Shown here one piece after another: positions 60,573 through 64,000 of a stretch of 64,000 nucleotides of DNA. Origin of the DNA: an uncultured archaeon (GTDB taxonomy: Archaea; Asgardarchaeota; Thorarchaeia; Thorarchaeales; Thorarchaeaceae). The stretch covers positions 1 to 64,000 of the forward strand of contig CAYWJO010000009.1 in NCBI GenBank assembly GCA_964458565.1. Reading direction: 5' to 3'. The notes below the pieces were generated by a model, which ran no database searches, was not told the origin of the DNA, and saw nothing but the letters and a program-made list of their open reading frames with translations. Both the position numbers and the translations under genes were made by a program. Positions within the stretch are counted from its first letter, which is position 1. Each line of letters begins with the position of its first letter.

Positions 60573-61085
60573 TATATATGGATTGCTGATCTCATTGGGA
60601 AAACACAATCCTACATTGCCAGATTGGAGAGAGGTTCATTAAATCCTCCATTGTCAGTTGTTACAACAATTCTGGAAGCCACTAAAGGATGGAGTTCAAA
60701 AACATGTGGCGAGATAATGTCGAGAGACCCTGATACCATAGATGCGAGAAGTTCAGTAATGCAAGCGGTTGAGAAGATGAAAGCTGGTGATTTTTCACAA
60801 TTACCTGTCGTTCGAACAGGTCGAATATTAGGAGTGATTACCATCAAGGATGTGTTCAACAATCTTGAATTAGACTTGGAGGAAGTCTCTGTAGAAACCA
60901 TCATGAGTTCAGTAGGAGCTCCGATGGTGGATGAGAATACACTCATTACATCAATCATCCAACTTTTTAGAGATAGCCCTGCAGTCTTGGTTCAAAGGCA
61001 AGGTCGCCTTACAGGAATTATCACTAAATCTGATTTACCAAAGATTGGTGTTTTGAATCTAATCGAGATGGAGCTTGCACCATGA
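60573..61085 (+). CDS. XRE-HTH + CBS-pair regulator, apparently 5'-truncated
   Basis: Open frame from 60573 reads IADLIGKTQSYIARLERG (HTH helices), then two CBS domains; no canonical start before the HTH. Confidence 0.7.
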   Translation, partial: YIWIADLIGKTQSYIARLERGSLNPPLSVVTTILEATKGWSSKTCGEIMSRDPDTIDARSSVMQAVEKMKAGDFSQLPVVRTGRILGVITIKDVFNNLELDLEEVSVETIMSSVGAPMVDENTLITSIIQLFRDSPAVLVQRQGRLTGIITKSDLPKIGVLNLIEMELAP

Positions 61086-61543
61086 CCTCAAATTGATTGG
61101 AGTATATTATTCCGGGATTAACCTATCCCTGAAGAGTTCTGATCGTATCTTTATTTTGGAGTTGTGATAATCCAAACTTAGACACGCTAAGTATTTTGAA
61201 GATATGACAACACTCGACACATCTCTTGGTCAGGTGTTAAAGGCACTTGGTATAAGAGGTTTTAATGATGTTCAAAAAACCGCATCAAAAAACGAACTAA
61301 TGCACCGGCAAAGGCTGCAAATGTCCTGATGCCTTTGTTTACAGGCGATATTGTTGGATTGGCGACAGGTGGAATCGGCATGCTCCGTTTTGCTTCTGGT
61401 AGAGTAAGGAGTGTTGACACCTCTGGTCTGAAATGACTGAATAGAATAACGATACCTCCTTGATGGAAAATGGAATAAAAATCGTTCAAATGCAGTAGGA
61501 GAATGAGTTATAAACCGTAGAAAGAAGGTATAATCGGAGTATC

Positions 61544-62200
61544 ATGGCAGAATACCTCGACATTCTCGATGACTTGCGTGAGGGTATTGACACCTTCGTT
61601 GAAAGATGGTCTAAAATTCAGCGAAATTCTGTCAAATTCATTCAAGCAGTGATTAACACCATAGTTCAAATCGAACATCTAGATGGTTCTCTTGGCAACC
61701 TAAGTGGTTTTCAGAATATTCGCGAGAACACACGCGGCAAGCTGCTAGTGAATCTTTTCGATAAACTAGTACCATCACTGGAATCTTCCATTAAAGAATT
61801 TACAAAATTAATGACAATGTTCGAGAATCTCAGGCAAAAGGCATCCACCATAACCACACTAACCGAGTCACTCAGAGGAAGCCTAGATGAATTTCCGACC
61901 TTGGAAGACCTAGTTGGATTTCTTGATCTTGTGATGATGAGTGTGAGAGATATCCTATCTATGTTTGAATCTGAATTCCTTGTTAAGATTACGATTTTCA
62001 GAGACATCGAAGATGGTGTAGTAGATATGCAGATTGTAAGCAATTATCTCACTATCTGGACTGCAGAACCAAACATTGAACCACAGGCTTTGGAGAAACT
62101 CCTTAAGGATATGGATGAGCATATGGAGCTACTTCGAGACGTCTTTGATGGTAAGACTGGGCTCCGAATTCCTGACTTTCAGAGAAAAGTTTCCTTCTAA
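61544..62200 (+). CDS. Helical protein resembling eukaryotic C1orf109/CINP family
   Basis: W...S..IN..Q, L..F..I.E..R.KLL, PTL.D, E.LVK..I, W..EPNI pattern. Confidence 0.65.
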   Translation: MAEYLDILDDLREGIDTFVERWSKIQRNSVKFIQAVINTIVQIEHLDGSLGNLSGFQNIRENTRGKLLVNLFDKLVPSLESSIKEFTKLMTMFENLRQKASTITTLTESLRGSLDEFPTLEDLVGFLDLVMMSVRDILSMFESEFLVKITIFRDIEDGVVDMQIVSNYLTIWTAEPNIEPQALEKLLKDMDEHMELLRDVFDGKTGLRIPDFQRKVSF

Positions 62201-62210
62201 GTAATCCACA

Positions 62211-63836
62211 TTATTCCCACTGCCTTTTCCTATTTGAAATCTCTTCTATCTCTGCTTCAAGATGTCCTCTCTGGTCCTCAAATATGGTTTCGCTTAATTT
62301 TCCCTCTTCGTATTGTGTCTGGTAGTATTCTAATTTTGAACGGGCTATTCCTTCTCGGGCAGTCAGCTCATTCAACCTTGCTCTTCTTTCAGATACTAGC
62401 CTACGCAACTCATCATCTTGTTGAAATATCTCTTCTTCCAATTCTGATTTTAACCTGCTATACAGTCCAGAATCGAGTTTTCCTTCTGTATATTGGTCCA
62501 CTAAATTCAGTAAGGCTTTTCTTGTGGCGTCACGATGTGCTGTGATTTCACGTGCGACATCTTGTTTTTCAGTAAGTTCCAGTTTTTTTGCTAATAGTGG
62601 TGTGGTTAAACCCTGTAAAACAAGACTAATCATGACTACAAAAAAGACGATTGTATTGATTGTATCTATGAGGGAGGCTGGAATACCCGCTTCGTGACCA
62701 AGGATGCCTACTGCAATTGCCGCCAACGCTGCGCTTGCGACACCTTTTACACCAGCCCAACTGATTAGAAACCGTTCTCTCATAGACATATTTCTATTAG
62801 CCGCAGTCACAATGAAGACTGAACCCGGTCGAGCTACGAAAATAACAAGACCGGCTACCAATACACCCAGACCTGCAACAGCTGGATTAGTCACAATAAA
62901 TGTTGTATCAAGAGTGAAACCCAGTAAAATGAAAACAACTATCTCAAAAGCAAAGGAAGCATTTTTCATTGTCCCTCTCATTGATTGTTGTGGTAACGCA
63001 GAAAGTCCTATTCGTCTCGAATTTGCCATGAATATACCTGCAAAAACTGCGGCCAGCGCACCTGGATGTATGTCAATAAATATCCACTGTTTGAAAATGG
63101 TAAAAATCTCTCCTACTCCATATGCTAGAATGGGTGTTGTTGCTGTCAGAATGGATACGGTGGTATCTGCAACAGTTCGCAGCATTATCGTTCCTACCAA
63201 ATATGCAACTATAAATCCAATTCCTACTCCCAGAACTATACTGAGAGTGAATCCAACAATAACCGTGAGTAGTGATTGATTTTCTGCCAATGATGGAGCA
63301 ACAAATGGCAAAAAGACTGTTATCACAAGAATAACCGCGGTTGCATCATTAAATACTGCTTCACCCTCTAAAATTGTGAATAACTTTCTTTTTACACGTA
63401 CACCACCTGATTCGAGGATTGAGAATAGTGCTGCAGGATCTGTTGGTGATACAATAGCTCCAACGAGAAATGCTGTTAATGCTATGGTCGGTACAAAGAC
63501 GAGAATGGTTAAACCAGCTATAATAGATGTCAACAAGACTCCGAGTGTAGCAAGGAGTAAAACTGTAGTAAGCGAACCTCTTGTTTCACGTATGTTCATA
63601 GTCAATCCTGCATAAAAGAGAACAGCTGCAAGTGTTAATTGGGCAATAATATCTATTCCAAGTCCAGCATTTGTAAGATCTTCAAGAATTGCTTCTGCCG
63701 AAATGATTTGACCGAGAATTATACCTGCAGTAATTAGTACAACTGGATATGGAAATTTATATTCCTCAGCAATTTTTGCTAATGCAGCGCCACCTATCAG
63801 AATAATAGCTACAAGATATAGTCCCTCCGCTGCCAT
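62211..63836 (-). CDS. CPA1/NhaP-type cation:proton antiporter with coiled-coil tail
   Basis: SPTDPAA, EGEAVFNDA, GVKG, QGLT. Confidence 0.92.
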   Translation of the reverse strand: MAAEGLYLVAIILIGGAALAKIAEEYKFPYPVVLITAGIILGQIISAEAILEDLTNAGLGIDIIAQLTLAAVLFYAGLTMNIRETRGSLTTVLLLATLGVLLTSIIAGLTILVFVPTIALTAFLVGAIVSPTDPAALFSILESGGVRVKRKLFTILEGEAVFNDATAVILVITVFLPFVAPSLAENQSLLTVIVGFTLSIVLGVGIGFIVAYLVGTIMLRTVADTTVSILTATTPILAYGVGEIFTIFKQWIFIDIHPGALAAVFAGIFMANSRRIGLSALPQQSMRGTMKNASFAFEIVVFILLGFTLDTTFIVTNPAVAGLGVLVAGLVIFVARPGSVFIVTAANRNMSMRERFLISWAGVKGVASAALAAIAVGILGHEAGIPASLIDTINTIVFFVVMISLVLQGLTTPLLAKKLELTEKQDVAREITAHRDATRKALLNLVDQYTEGKLDSGLYSRLKSELEEEIFQQDDELRRLVSERRARLNELTAREGIARSKLEYYQTQYEEGKLSETIFEDQRGHLEAEIEEISNRKRQWE

Positions 63837-63846
63837 AATTCATCCC

Positions 63847-64000
63847 TTAGATATCCGCTATGATTTCTGCGCACTCTTTCAAGTAATCAGAAATATGTTC
63901 TAATTCTCTAACAATTTTCCTCAACATATAACAGATCCAATCACCTTCCCCTCCTGTGGCGACGGAAATCTGTCTGCATATAACGATATTATCTTCATCA
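63847..64000 (-). CDS. C-terminal end of a DUF47/PhoU-like protein (runs off the window)
   Basis: ...YMLRKIVRELEHISDYLKECAEIIADI*. Confidence 0.55.
   Translation of the reverse strand, partial: DEDNIVICRQISVATGGEGDWICYMLRKIVRELEHISDYLKECAEIIADI

Noticed and set aside
653-63615. Numerous antisense/overlapping ORFs in the track (e.g. 49356..49889, 62704..63279, 9880..10302)
   Set aside because: Shadow frames of well-supported genes, with no motifs.
1-64000. CRISPR array, IS transposase, integrase, DGR or retron
   Set aside because: No regularly spaced repeats and no DDE, tyrosine recombinase or reverse transcriptase motifs were seen by eye.

Overview
Gene-dense archaeal chromosomal window, very probably an Asgard archaeon (Thorarchaeia-like). 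This is inferred from the archaeal ligase, S17e, MAT and MptA/FolE2, plus LRR, TPR, PAS-kinase and giant single-pass surface proteins with longin-like tails. Housekeeping and metabolic content: metG, alaX, lig-queD-mptA, rps17e, a rimI-DUF89-korAB-fumC-sdhAB block, AK6, mat, a CPA1 antiporter, two orphan adenine methyltransferases and a ~10.4 kb eight-gene heterodisulfide reductase cluster. That cluster has two hdrBC pairs, three HdrA-family genes (one with an NAD(P)H-binding GltD-like insert), MvhD domains and no hydrogenase. No tRNA, rRNA, CRISPR array or transposase was seen. Best leads: (1) two structured GC-rich intergenic elements (8275-8440 and 13160-13280) whose loops share GCCGGG(G)AGG or GGAGGACAC motifs with the hairpin covering the ribosome-binding site of a TPR gene, a candidate sRNA-based translational control circuit; (2) a probable C1orf109/CINP-family eukaryotic signature protein; (3) a free-standing HNH gene bracketed by a 10-bp direct repeat; (4) a PAS kinase with a degenerate H-box and a C-terminal thioredoxin/KaiB-like domain; (5) a DinB gene with an in-frame TGA; (6) a recurrent hairpin plus pyrimidine-tail terminator family. 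All family calls come from motif recognition by eye, not database searches.
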